A stretch of DNA of 63,402 bases, counting the filler, from Bigelowiella natans CCMP2755 (Eukaryota > Protista > Cercozoa): assembly GCA_000320545.1 (NCBI GenBank). It is 6 parts of 6 records of this genome, joined end to end, with 100 filler letters (N's around TTAATTAATTAA, not from the genome) between each part and the next. Parts side by side here need not be neighbours in the genome. Positions count along the whole stretch, not along the records: positions 1 to 30,829 come from ADNK01000898.1; positions 30,930 to 42,578 come from ADNK01001309.1; 4 more parts are not named here. The stretch is one strand, 5' to 3'. Below, one piece after another: positions 25,046-38,331 of this stretch; the stretch's first letter is position 1; each line of letters begins with the position of its first letter. Position numbers and translations under genes: made by a program. Under the pieces are notes generated by a model that was not told the DNA's origin, made no database searches, and was given only the letters and a program-made list of their open reading frames with translations.

Positions 25046-26126
25046 TCACTTTGAGGCCGACGACGAATGCAGCTTGTAGCAAATGTGTTGTCCGATTTCT
25101 CTAGCTTCCGACAGTATTAGGCCGTGCATGGCCGCCTGCTTTGAAAGCGGCGGGCGACGCGCTGTTTTGGCGTCGGCTGCTGGCACATCTGAACGCTTCC
25201 GCTCATCTAGCTCATCCTTCCGACTGCTGCTGCTCCAAGATTGATCATGTTCCTTATTGGGCTGATGGCGGTGATGGCAGGTTCCGCCGTTGTTGTCATC
25301 GTCATCGTGGCGGGGGTAGCTCTCGAAGGCGATGGGCCCGCTGTCTTCGATGACGATGCTGCTGTCGCGACTGACAGTAGCGCTCGCATTTGCGCCGCCA
25401 TCGCCGCCGCCGCCCGCACTCCCTTCAAATTTGTTTCTCTCCTTGTTCGTGTCGGGGGAGTTCTTGTCGCTTTTTCTGCGGAGCAGGAGGCTAATCCGCC
25501 TCCTTCCCTTGCTCTCTTCATCGTTGTGGTAGCCGTTCAGTACAGCCTGCTGCTGCTGCTGCTGCTGGTGGTGGTGACGGTGGTGATGCTGCTGGTGACA
25601 GTGATGGCCCGTCTCATGCATTAGCTTCTCTGAGCTCGCGAGGCCGCGTTGGCCATGTTCCGTCAGGGACCGAATGACATGCTGTGAGTGCGAGAAGTTA
25701 ACGGTCAAAAAAATGTCCACAAATCAGAACGAGGATGTGGCTTCCTGCCTCAGGCTGCGTGAGCTCGAGGAGGCTGCTGTATTACTCGCTACCATGCGGC
25801 AAACAATGCTGCTCTGCGCTTTTTTCGATGAACGACAACGGTGACTGATGCTACCTACCTCAACGAAGTGGATTAGTCCCGATATGATCTTGATCTTGCT
25901 CTCAGGGCTAGATAGGTCTCCTCCTCCTCCTTCCCCCCCCCTCCCCTCCTCCTCCTCCTCCTCCTCGTGGGTCATTCTTACTGCAGGGTCTTTCCCCTAA
26001 CCCGTGCCGCAACAATAACGATGATAAGGTGGATGATTATAACACGGTAGCTTCCCGAAGAGAGAGGCAGGAGAAGTGTGCTCACGACGAATGGTATGTG
26101 CCACCCACATATACACAATACACTCA

Positions 26127-26163
<37 letters not shown>

Positions 26164-26213
26164 GTCTCTCTCCCTCTCTTTCTCCCCCTCTCTTCTTCTC
26201 TTTTATGAGGGAA

Positions 26214-26245
<32 letters not shown>

Positions 26246-26918
26246 TGTTCTCGCTCTCATTCGAGTTAGAAACCTCGGCGAAGATGTCCTCGATGCAGGA
26301 CAGAATGCAACGCTTCATGTAGTGCCAAACATCGCCGTCGATGGTCTCCTTGCAGATGTGGAAAGCAGCCTTAATCCTGACCAGAGTCGTGTCCATAGCG
26401 CGCAGCGTTAATAGATCATGGAAGATGCGAGGATGATGATGATGGTGGTGATGATGATGATGATTACAAACAAATCCAACACAACACACGCACACGCACA
26501 CACACACACACGCACACACGCACACACACTCACCCACTCACTCACACGCACACTGAGAAGAAACTACTACTGTTTTGGAAAGCTACTACTTACAAGCTCA
26601 GGCCAACGATCCACTGCTTCAGCGAGCAGTAGAGAGTGCCAAGGACAAGGTACATTACCGTCAAATGATACCTGAGAGAATATGTTTGGGGCCGGGAGCG
26701 AGGGAGGGGGGGGGGGGGTAATTAAACGAATCTAGCATTAGCTTTTCTGAAGGACGAGCGATGGATCATACGTGCTGGCGTTGTTGTTTCCTTTCGATGT
26801 GTCATCATCATCTCGCTGTCTAGCAGCTGAGTCCTACGTGCATAAAGAATGGAGGAATGACCAGATCAACCGTGGGGGGGAGAGCAAGCTGAATAAGGGG
26901 GGGGGGTTGTAAACTGGA

Positions 26919-26959
<41 letters not shown>

Positions 26960-29348
26960 GCACAAATTCGTACGGCACGCGGTAGCTTTCTCACCTGCTG
27001 AATCAAGTGGATGAGGCCCTCCGCCTTGTGGGTGTTCCCGGTGCTCACGTAGGAGACGGCGAGGTTGGCCAGAATGATCGGCGGCACCGAGAGCAGCTCG
27101 CTGGCGCGGGCGTTGCGCAGCAGCTCCTCATACATCTCCGCGCTGCAGCCGTAGTCCCCCAGCATGAAGAAGACGTGCGCGAGATTGAGTCTCCAGGTGC
27201 GGTTGGTGAGGCAGAAGCTCGCGCTGGCTTCGAATTGTCGCTTCACCGTCTCGTAGTCCTCATCGTCCCAGAACACGCGCGCGTAGGCCATCAGCACAGG
27301 GAGGAACCGCCGCGCCATTACCTGGAAGGAGGCCAGCATCCTACTGTCCTGCCTCTTCTGCTTGTAGCCTTGGGAGAGGGGAGCAGCACCGCCAGCAGCA
27401 GCTACGTGGAGAGGGCGAGGATGGGAAGCGAAGGAACGGCCTGTCGCAGGGGAGAAAGAAGAACGAAGGGAGGGACATTTGTCTTGATCCTCCTCCTTCT
27501 CCTCTCCATCTCTATCACCATCATCATCACCATCATCGTCCTCTTCCTCCTCGTCGTCGCTGGTGCTCGCCGCCATCACGAGCTGCTCCCGCAGCTTCGT
27601 GAGGTTCTCTGCGGCGCGGCCGAGGCGCTCGGAGGCGATCTCGGGGTCGGTGCGCGAGAGCACGATCCCGTCAATTGTGTCCCTGATTTCCGCCGGGACG
27701 CCTGTCCTCCACGATTTGCGGAAGTGCTCGAGGATCCCCGCGGCCAGGTCAAACTGCGCGCGCTGGATGCAGACCAGCACCATGTTCGTGAGCGTGGGGT
27801 AGGGCAGGCGTTCCGCCACCAGCTGCCAGTTTTGCAGCGCCCCCTCCACGTCGCCGAGGCCGAGATGAACGAGGGCGAGATTGTGCCGGATGATGGGGTT
27901 GTTGTAGCTGGTGTTGCCATCTGGGCTGCTGGGTGGTGGTGGTTGGCTGCCCGAAAGAGCGCCATCATTGGAACCGTCGTGTTCGTCGTATCCGTCCCTC
28001 AGGAGGCGATCATGGCCTCTACGGTGGCTGCTCTTTGGCGGTTGTCGCCTTTTCTTTTGCTCACTGGCAATGCTACAGCTACTATCTTGCGTCCCTTCTC
28101 CCCTCCCCTCCCCTTTATCATCCCTCTCCTCCTGCTCCTCCTCCGCCACCAGCCCCACGAACAGTCTTTTTGCTTCGGTGATTCTTCCCCGTTGGTACAT
28201 GCAAGCGGCCTTCAAGTTCATGGCTTTGTTCCTGACTAATTGCTCGTTGTCGATGTTTGAGGCAACAGCAGACTCCGACCCCAGCCTCTTATGCAGCAGC
28301 ACCCGCCGCCGCCTCTCGCACTGGCGAAGTATTTTGTCCGCAAGGCCCCCAGCTTCCTCATACCTTCCTAGTCCGTAGGTACAGACTGCTAGTAGATAAT
28401 GCTCTTCCCCACTATACGCACTGGAGGGAATCTTCCGGAGAATATCGATGGCACGTTGATGCTCGCCCGACGAGTACTGCGAGAGCGCTTGCGTGTAGAG
28501 AAGTTTTGGGCTGTGCTTTATCTCACGAGGCAACGACTTCAGCACGAGCTGCCTCTGGATCGGGGAAAGAGCATCAAAGGCAAGAGGCGAGGAGGAGGAG
28601 GAGGAGGAGGATGATGAGGAGGATGATGAGGAGGAGGATGAGGAGGAGGATGAGGAGTAGGAGAATGTGGAATCCTGTTGCAATTTGGCTGCGGCGACTG
28701 CGTACAGTTCAGATATATGCAGCCGTTTCTGTTCATCTATCGGAATCTGTTTACACAGACTGATGGTCTTCGCATATTCCCCCAACTTTAGGTAGCATTG
28801 CGCCAAATATTTCTGAAAGACCCAACGAAAAGATGAGGTCGTTTGCGGTGTGTGTTTTTTAGTCAGGTTAGGCTGGTTTTTGCGAATCACGGTGATTGGT
28901 GGGTGAACAGAAGTACACGCGTATGATATTATGATACTACCTTGTATCTGTTCAGTGACTGAGTAAACTGGGGAGCTCCGTCCGCCTGGCAAGTGATGGC
29001 CTCATAGGCATGCGCCGCGTTCAGGTGGTCTCCCAGGTGATAGAAGCAGTACCCAATGAGCGAGAGGGTCGAGAAAGAACCCTCTCCCCTCTGCAGATAT
29101 GTTAGCTGTCGAGTTAATAATCGGAGAGCGGTGCCGTACTACACATATCAGCACATCAGTTTTGAAAAGGATTGACTGTTTTCACGACGAATAAGGAAAG
29201 GTTTGGCAAGAAAAGGAGCGAAAGGTTTCGGCACCGGCGACGACTGACGGACCTGCTGTTTGTTGATGAGGCTGTAGACCGTGGAGGTGGCAGCAGTCGC
29301 AATGGAGGAGCGACGGCGAAGACGCAGCACGTGCAGGTTGCTATTCAT
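25046..29348 (-). CDS. IFT70: Intraflagellar transport protein 70 (TTC30/fleer/DYF-1), divergent with low-complexity insertions
   Basis: TSTVYSLINKQQYGTAL, LSLIGYCFYHLGDHLNAAHAYE, AMNLKAACMY, IIRHNLAL, PVLMAYARVFWDDEDYETVKRQFEASASFC, WRLNLAHVFFM, PIILANLAVSYV, YHLTVMYLVLGTLYC, DGDVWHYMKRC, SEAREI: collinear with known TTC30 motifs. Confidence 0.9.
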
Positions 29349-30119
29349 TGAAGGGATTAGCTATCTGACCGTTCGGCTTCGATAGGGGTATCAGCAGCAG
29401 CAACACGGAAATTAGGGCGAGTTTTTAAAATCTTAGCGACATATTTCGTTGTCGTAAGTGCGTTTCACCCTACATCCTTGTCCATTTTGAGCAAGGAAGC
29501 AGTCGAACTTGTCGTTCGAAAGCTCCCCTTTCGCGCTTCGCGCCCCTGGAATGAGCCTCTGGGTTTGTCGCAGCCTGAAAATTCCATGCGTTTCTGCAGC
29601 TGAGGTTGGCGATTTTTCCAGGTCGCCAAAAATCTTTGGCGGAAAAATCAAAAAGCCTTGCGATTTCAGGGGAAAAACGTTGATTTTGTTGTCGCAGGAA
29701 GATTATGCACGCGATTTTTCTCCACTGTCCCATTGAAATCGGATCGTGGTGTGCTGCTCTTTCCCCCCCCAGCTCCCCTGGAACATCGCACTCCCCGCCG
29801 CCTGCTCTCGATTCTCCAGGTCGAAATGTTGAACTGATTTTGGGGAATACAAAACGCCTTCGCGTTTTGATATGGCTCGGGGGTTGGTCTTCTGTTGTTG
29901 TATCTTCAGTACAGCGTTGCATGCCCCATATGATTGAGAGGTGTGGAGAAGAATGTGGTCGCCTCTCATGCATACGGACCAGCTTCTCTTCTGTTTTCTC
30001 ATACCCAATGACAAAATCGCACTACTTGATCAAAAACTTAGACGGGTGAGAAAGGAGGAAGGCGGCGGCGTCGTCTGTGTATTCCGCCGTCCATCATCGA
30101 GCCGCCGGGGAGGAGATAG

Positions 30120-30614
30120 ATGTCAATGTTCACCTCAATTAAGAAAAAGGCCAAGAAATACACTCGGCGCGTCCTCGAGGTCGTGAATCATTAAATCATC
30201 CACCATCCAGTATATGCAAAAATATTAACAAAGCAATGATCGATATCGTGTGTGGGGGGGGCCTCTCCTCCTCGCATCTTACCGTGAATATGACGCTCCT
30301 GCTATCTTTTCTGTGATACAAAGGGGGTACACCACAGCGAGGACAACCAAGCATCTGAAAAGGAGTTCAATGATCTCTTTGCTCACTTCTGCGACATCGG
30401 TGCCTTGACACTAATATACATCCAAAAATGCAAACACCTACACTACATATATGTGCACATGCACATACAGTGAGAGGGGGGTAAAAGAAAGTCATCATCA
30501 TCATCATCATCATCACATCAAAAGCTGCATGTACAACTTCGTTCATGCTGTTCTCAGAGAAACATCTCCAGCGATTCCATGATCATGTCGAGGACTACGT
30601 CACCACTCTCAGGG
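30120..30614 (+). CDS. N-BAR domain protein (amphiphysin/Rvs-like), 5' part only, truncated by assembly gap
   Basis: Exons 30120-30179, 30324-30399 and 30558-30614 splice in phase to MSMFTSIKKKAKKYTRRVLE-GVHHSEDNQASEKEFNDLFAHFCDI-EKHLQRFHDHVEDYVTTLR, resembling amphipathic helix 0 and the first BAR helix. Confidence 0.6.
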
Positions 30615-30657
30615 GTACTGCCACCTGTTTCAGTGTTATATATTGACAAGCACGTAT

Positions 30658-30696
<39 letters not shown>

Positions 30697-30710
30697 TTTT
30701 TCTTTGTGAT

Positions 30711-30743
<33 letters not shown>

Positions 30744-30829
30744 GTTGCTCCCTTCCCCTTCGCTCACATGTCCCTGTAACGTGTCGCACGTCCCCCCCCA
30801 CCCCCCCCCCCCCCCCAAATCTGAACACT

Positions 30830-30929
30830 NNNNNNNNNNNNNNNNNNNNNNNNNNNNNNNNNNNNNNNNNNNNTTAATTAATTAANNNNNNNNNNNNNNN
30901 NNNNNNNNNNNNNNNNNNNNNNNNNNNNN
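30830..30929. other. Artificial contig spacer (44 N + TTAATTAATTAA + 44 N); same at 42579-42678, 54914-55013, 57829-57928, 59323-59422
   Basis: Identical 100-bp structure five times; the core places stop codons in all six frames. Confidence 0.97.
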
Positions 30930-32343
30930 CTACTACCGATAAGCACAGAAACGGGCGTGGAGCCGCCGTGACGTGAATCCCTTCGTTCCCATCCCAGAGG
31001 GTCCACGTACACAACCACGCGCGACAATTCATTTAAGGATGAAGAAGAAGAAGAAGAAGAAGAAGAAGAAGAGGGTTCAAATCCCTCCCCCCCCGCAATT
31101 CCTCCTTTCTCTTCCATTCCCTCATGGCAGAGATCCAAGCGTAATACACCGCGCTGAGGCATAGCCCACGCCGCTTTTTCCACCCCCCCCCCCGTAGCAG
31201 CCTCCAGCTCCCCCTCCTCTCCTACAATTGACAAGCCCGGAAATGTCTTCTTCAGCGAAGTGATGATCACGGTTTGAGCGACACGGTCTGCTATTGTTTG
31301 GGGGTCCTGTTCCAGGCCAGAAAGGGGAGCGGCAAAGAAGCAAAAGAAAAAGAAGAAGAAGATACCGTTATGGGCTGGCCAAAGTCATTTTCGAGTATGA
31401 TTCACGTTTTTGCAAGAACAAGAGCACCTCCCGACCCCAAGAGGTACGGAGTAGTGATGAAAGGTGGCGATTTTTGGTGGGAGGGGATGAGAATAAATCG
31501 TGGTTATTGCCAGTCCTTCTGCTCTCCATGTGTGCTTTGATTTGAGTATTATCGTAAATGTTGTCGTGGAGGCAAGCAGTATTGCTGTCTCCCCCCCTCT
31601 CCCTATTCATCACACTTCTTTCTCTCCTTCTCGTCACCTGTATTTTCGCTCCGGGATTGGGTGAGTCGTTGATGCCCCTCATCAGCCCACTCTCGCTGTT
31701 GCTGCTGCTGCTGTGGTCTTCCTCCTGTTACAGGTTATCAAATCAAGTAGAGTAAGGGAGGCAGAGGAAAGTATACGATATATCATGCGTGTGTGTATAT
31801 ACAAGCACGTTGGCATTGGCCGTCTTCCACTTGTCCACCCTCCTCTATAATATAATATATATCCTGGTCTATAATATAATATATATGCAGTGGCATCATC
31901 TTCCGTACATATACTAATGCCTTTGCGCTCCCCCTCTATTACCGGCCATTATCACCATCATCATCACCACCACCACCACCAGTAATCACGATCATGATTG
32001 TATCATCATTGGCTATAGCCAAGTATCACCTTGGGAGAATATTTGTCAACCACTCCAAGGTCTTGCTCTCCCGACTCAACTCTCCGAAGTACCTGCGACC
32101 ATGCCCACAGCAAGCAAATCCACTATTACTACTTACCCAGTCGTCTCACCAACAGCAGGTATTTCAGATTTAAGTTCCTCTTCTTAAACTCTTCCTCTTT
32201 TCCCCTCTTCCTCCCCCCCTCCCCATTCAATCGATTGTTCATAACCTCTCGAATCGCCGTCGCAGCTCGGTCCGAGGCATCGACACATGCAGATAGCTAA
32301 GACACAAGTAATCCAAGGATGCGTGTATGTGAGTATATTGTAA

Positions 32344-32384
<41 letters not shown>

Positions 32385-33228
32385 TAATGTGCTGCCTGTG
32401 TAGCGTGTGCGTGTGCATCGTCTACGTGCTTTGCAGTCACATGATATGTGCAGGATCGGTTGTATCATTTTTAAAGTATACTCTCTCGCACTCACACACG
32501 CACAAAGATTGGCCTGTTCTAATGCGATGTATAAATTGCACATACAAATATCACAAATCGTATATCACAAATAAAAGAAGATACGCACGGGATGGCGACG
32601 AAGATGACAACAACGACAATGATCACACTACCAGGTGTCGTTTTGGCACGATGTTACTACTTCGCTGCTCTTCGGGGGACGATGGAGACGAGGAAGCAGC
32701 AGTCACAGTGCTGCGGGCGTTTGCTTCCTCCCCCCTTTTACTGTGAGCAACGTCCATGGCAAATGAGACATCGATCCCATAAGAAGACGGATGGGAAAAT
32801 ATAGGAAGTAATTGCTTGCGCCACCGCCTCTGTGCCTGCTGAGAAGAAGTAAACGTTCGATGCCGAAGCACTAGCCGTTCATGAGATGGTAGGGCTGATG
32901 ACGCTGCTACACGGAGGTTGCGGCGGTTGCAATCGCTACCGATCCTGCTGTTCCCCGTGCCGCTTCTAAACCTTTCCGAACTGCCAATGGGTGAAGGCAA
33001 GGTGCTACATAGATGGACATGGGGGGTGTGAAATTCCATCGGGATGAGGAGGCGGTAGCAGAGTAGAGCCGGCACTAGCACCGTCAAAGCAATCGCTATC
33101 ACCACTGGAGAAGATAGCCTGAAGCCGGGCGGGGAGGGTCCCGGGGTGCGGAAAAGAGATAATAATCTATGTGCACACTTAGGTTGTAGGGTGTGCGTCT
33201 CTTCGCTCCATGAATCCCCCCATCTCAT
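30930..33228 (-). CDS. 3'(2'),5'-bisphosphate nucleotidase (BPNT1-type, inositol monophosphatase superfamily) with a bipartite-like leader; 3' end lost in gap
   Basis: LSACVDASDRAATAIRE, DLGVVDK, DPQTIADRVAQTVIITSLKKTFPGLSIVGEEG, then VVVYVDPL followed by a frameshifted DGTKGF (extra bases near the contig end). N-terminal hydrophobic stretch VVIAIALTVLVPALL followed by an R/S-rich region. Confidence 0.85.
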
Positions 33229-33827
33229 CGTGTCGGCTTGTACTCGTAGTAGCCTGCTGGGTCGGCCAGGCGGTCGGTGGGGGGCACGTGGAGGACACGT
33301 CGACTCTGGGAAGAACACCGGGGATTTTCTCCCTGCGACAGGCTACATGTATTGAAACCACAGAGAAATTCTTCCGAAAAAAGATGCAATTCCGTTCTTG
33401 AGTTCACGGCATTCCCTTGTCGTAAGCATGATATCGGCGTCCAGCTCGCTCACAAATTTCCGAATAAAATAAGAAGCATCGGTTTCATTTAGGGTCAAGG
33501 GCAGCCAGCCTCGCATGTGTTTTGCCACTGCGACAAGCAAAGACATCCTCAAGCATTTTTAGTCGTCGTTCAGCCAAACTATGAATCGTGCAAATATCCT
33601 CTTCGCCATCTTATTTATAAAAACGGCATGCGAACATATGTTGCGACAATCATTTACTGGTGTCGATTCGAACAAAACCGCTGTTGTCGCCTAAGAACTG
33701 GTCTAGTAATCGCCCACCACCCCCCAAGGTCTCCACTGATACGACGCTACTGAATCGTCTCTGCCCGGCGATCTTCACAGTCTACTGTACTTCACAAGAG
33801 GAGCGTACTAAATAAGAGTGGACGAAG

Positions 33828-34527
33828 ATGGGGTGTGCAAACTCCCGCTTAACGCTTCCGCCAATGTGCATCAATTCAAGGGATCTGTGCGACCAGAACA
33901 GGAAGAATGAGGGGACCGGCTTGGGAATCAAACCCGAGGATGGCTTAGTAGAGATTTTCCACAAACTTGATGCTGACGAGAAGAATTACGTTTTCCGGCC
34001 CGACTTAGTGTCCGCCATCAAGGCTAGCGACATGTACAAGCGGTTCGTGGATGGATTTCAGAAGATGCTCTTCGACATGGTAGGCTATCCACCCACGTTC
34101 ATTTAAGAAGTTTCTATTCAAAATTACGGTGTCTAGATTTCGCAGCAGCTTTAAATCTTATGTCATGGACACCCTCCTACGTTCCTTCCTTTCTCCTCGT
34201 CGTCGTTCTCCTCCTCCTCCTACTCCTCCTGCTGCTCCTTTTTGACAGAACAAGGAAAGTGAAGATGCATTTGTCGACTTGTACGAGTACCTGGATTTAG
34301 TGAGGAAACACATCCCGCCCTACATGATCCAGTAAGTCATTCTGTGGACACACACCTCAGTACACCTGTTGCTATCTCTATCATGGGGGTTATTGACAAT
34401 TTCCTTCAAGTTTTTGGATAAATTTGATCTCTCAAGAGCGTTTTGGGTGTTTGGAAAGAGTATTACTCATTTGCAACACATACTGGGCAAATTAAAATAA
34501 TAATGAGGGATTCATTGTTTCGAATTT

Positions 34528-34570
<43 letters not shown>

Positions 34571-35265
34571 TGTGTGCGTCCTCCTCCTTGAAATATTACG
34601 TGTCGTCACATCGATACATTGGCCTTCCACCTAGTTAGTAAATGGTGCGTGCTTGAAGTCTACAACAACATGCTTACGGTCATTGCAACCCACTATATCA
34701 GGCAAGATAGAAGAAGTGACTACTCAGAAGCTGACAAAACAAGGGATCATAAAAAATTCAGACCGCTGGAGGTAGAGCGACCGCAACAGAGATAACACGA
34801 GGATGCTGAATTACTTCACCAATTGACTGACTGATGATGATAATGATGATGATAATGATGGTGATGACGATGACGATGTGATAATCCGGACACGTGTCCA
34901 TTTAAATATTGCACGGGACTATTGCACATAGTATTTTCCATGAATTTTGAACTAATCCAAGGGCACTGGTCGAATCATCGACACCATGCAAGCCAGAGGG
35001 CATTGATCATAGTCTGCAGCCCCCGTGACTCTCCTTCCTCCGTAATGCTAATCAGGTCTTCGCGTTCATGGACCAGATAGGGGACAGACGAGTGTCAGCT
35101 GCCGATTTCAAGCTTGGGCTGAGCATGACCGATTATGTCCTGCAAGTGGACAAGGATGTACGCCACTACCACCCAGACGCACAATATATTCTTGCTTATG
35201 CTGAATACATTCTTGCGTGTTTGTGGGCTTCTTCCCATCCTTCGTTCGTCCATCCTCACGACACA

Positions 35266-35303
<38 letters not shown>

Positions 35304-35374
35304 GTATCGTCATCATCATTATCACCATCATCATCATCTGTCGACCCCCTTCCAAAGCGTAGCACAACACACAC

Positions 35375-35419
<45 letters not shown>

Positions 35420-36006
35420 TGTTGGCACACCTATCTATTAGATCTGGGATAGGAACTGGAAAGTCCTGATTTGGAAGGTGCAGAACGACACGCACGACGT
35501 GCCAAGCAAATCAGAAATTAAGAAGCTCCAGATTAAGGAGGAGTCGCTGGCACAGACATGGTACCTTCAAGCTTTCCATAAAGAAGACTCTAGTTCTCCC
35601 TTTCTTCCACTCCTATCACCCCCCTCATCCGCTACACCTCCTCCTTCTCCCCCTCCTCCATTTATGCAATACTCAGGCTTGACTTCGATCATCTCTCGCG
35701 ATGGTACCGCAACTTACGGGAATTCGAGGTATGCGACAGTGTTGTTTTATAAACGTATTCTTGTTCTAGGAGGGAGCAGCATTGGAGTAATCTTGAGTAT
35801 TTGAGATGGTCCGAATGATGATGATGATCATCCTTGCATCATGTCCACCAAATGGTATAGGAGCTGAGAGAGGAGCTGAAGAAGGGCACCGGCAGCGGCA
35901 CGATGAACAACGCCTTTGGATTAGAGTGAGAATATAAATGATATTTAAACTCGACAATAGCTTATATATTACTCCACCATATTGATGTTACCCAAGCTCT
36001 TACTAG

Positions 36007-36046
<40 letters not shown>

Positions 36047-36679
36047 GATGGTTTGTATATGTTATTCTGGTAACTATTTCTCACAGTTTCAGTTTTTCTC
36101 CATCTGAGATGTTCTATTATGTGTGTCTGTGTGTGTGTGTTTGTGCGTTCGTCTGTGAAACAAGATACGATTCTGACGACGACACGGCAACAAACTCACT
36201 CATCATGAAGGTAAACAGGATATTCCTTTAGTCGTACCACACAAAGGCGTCGTGCCAAAAGAGGAATTGTCGGTTGCTTGTCGGAGATACTGATGATTTC
36301 TTTTTTCTTCGAGACCGTTACCTTAACACAGTTCTCTGTGCTGTTGGTCTTCTTATCGTGTGCGGCTCTGCAATTCCGACCGAATTTCAATTTGAATCAA
36401 TTTTGCCTTCAACGCACATTCCCACCACCACGTTTCTTTTGGACTCCTTCTCACCCACTTGCATCCTATAACCCTGCCGCCCCTCTCGCACAACCAGGCC
36501 GTGCACAAGACGCTGCTCATCGATAAGGAAACCGCACATTCGGACTTCTACAAAATATGGAACGCCTACGACAAAGACGGCGACCACATCCTGAATAAAA
36601 AGGAGCTCTTAAAGCTGCTCTCAGACCTTCTGTATGTGATGATGCTGCATGATGATGTTAAATGATAAGGAGGGGGGAA

Positions 36680-36722
<43 letters not shown>

Positions 36723-37526
36723 TATCGTATTAACATTGTACCGTTCTCTCTTGTCTCTTAAATCAACTTCTGTATTTATTCACTGTCACTGATTGTCTTC
36801 TCGAATAACCCGAAAAGCTACGGTCTGCGCGACCATGTGCATAAGATGAAACTCGCCAAGGATAAAACAGGGTTCTGGAATCAGAAACAGCACCTTCTTC
36901 GCCAGGAGGTAACAGCTGAGAAAGAGGAAGAGGGGGGAAGGGAATGGATCGCTATGAAATTTGGACAAATAAGCGTATACACGGTTACGTGCGTTTATAT
37001 TGCTATCCCCTCGTGCATGTTTGTGTGCCTATGTGTGTGTGTGTGTGTGTGTGCTTTAAACCCTTGCCAGTTTTTCATAATCGTTCATCCAAGATGCAAA
37101 CCATGTGCTCCGCCAACGTCACCTAACTTCCTCTCCTATCTATCATCCCGCCCTTCACGAATGATGTCAGGTTGAGGCGGTTCGGAGAAACATCATGCAC
37201 GATCCCCAAGCCCTGATCGAAAAGTAAATAGTAGAAGTAGTACTTGTAGCATGGAGTTTGGTGATAAAGTGGATAGCAAAAAGAAGGCGCTATTATCATC
37301 CTCCTCTTATTTCGTGCTGGCTCACGAATCATATGTTCTTACTTCTCCTGGCCGTTATAGGTTCTTCAGCTGTTTCAACGTAGGAGATGCTCAGACCATC
37401 TCTGAGAAGCACATGTGGAAGAACCGCATGAAGCTCTGCGACTTTGTCCGCTCACGGCTACGACAGTTCGAGATGCATCTTGCCAGGGCCATGCAGGCTG
37501 GGGAGGTCGATTCGAAGGGAATCTGA
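33828..37526 (+). CDS. Multi-EF-hand calcium-binding protein with N-terminal MGC acylation motif (about 13 exons)
   Basis: MGCANS start; EF-like loops IFHKLDADEKNYVFRPDL, VFAFMDQIGDRRVSAADF, IWNAYDKDGDHILNKKEL, FFSCFNVGDAQTISEKH; phase-consistent GT-AG exons. Confidence 0.8.
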
Positions 37527-38331
37527 TAGCAGAATGAGGAAGGGGGGAGCGAACAACCAATGGAAAGCAATTCTTGTTTATGGCATTACCATTTTAGAGC
37601 TAAACAGCAGCGGACGGATGGAATCGGATGAGTTACAGAGAAAAGTTGTGGTGAGTGTTAGGGGGACTCTTTGTGTCTTTCCATCGCCGCTGTTGTTTGC
37701 TAGGGAAGTGCAGTAAAAAATCGAATAACATGTGCCTGCACCCTTTGCATGCCGAAACAATTTAGCTTAACACGACAACAAACGTACTGTACAAATCTAT
37801 ATTTAACTCAACATGTCTAGAACTGATGCACGTCATGCATTGAACGTACGTTAGATGTCATTTCATTCGTGCGCGTACGCAATGATGATGTACACAGATG
37901 CGTCATTACCTAGGATTACGCATGGCAAGAGATGGTTAGCTGTCTGCATGTTTGTCTAAATGTGCACTTTTTAGTGCGAATGACGGTCGCTGTTGTGCAC
38001 GACGTACGTGCTATACGACGCAACGCGCAAGCAAAGCAATGAACCGATGGATTCACGAGTCGCATTGGCAGCGCTAGAGCGGCCGCCAGCACATCTAGCA
38101 GACATGCCAAACACGTGCGTGCAATCGTGCGTGCATGCAAGCAAGCACAATAGACTCGTAAACAAACCTACTAGTGTGGTAGTCCCATGGCACAATAGTG
38201 GCCACCGATTTGAGCTAGCCATAGTTGCGTCTCACACGTTGTGCCTCGAGCACTTCGTTCGCGACGCAGGGAATTCCTCCATGTGCATGTTCAGCACGCA
38301 TGTGTGGCGGCATTGATCACGCATTGCTAGA

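Noticed and set aside
30874-30885. Repeated palindrome TTAATTAATTAA (five copies)
   Set aside because: Always centred in N runs; an artificial six-frame-stop spacer. Adjacency across these gaps is not guaranteed.
30940-30990. Frameshifts in the DPLDGT region of the BPNT1-like gene suggesting a pseudogene
   Set aside because: The extra bases all lengthen homopolymers within ~60 bp of a contig end, typical of low-coverage sequencing error.
14698-37526. Possible ciliary/trafficking gene cluster (kinesin-3, IFT70, BAR, EF-hand)
   Set aside because: Interspersed with unrelated genes and a gap; such genes are common, so there is no evidence of functional clustering.
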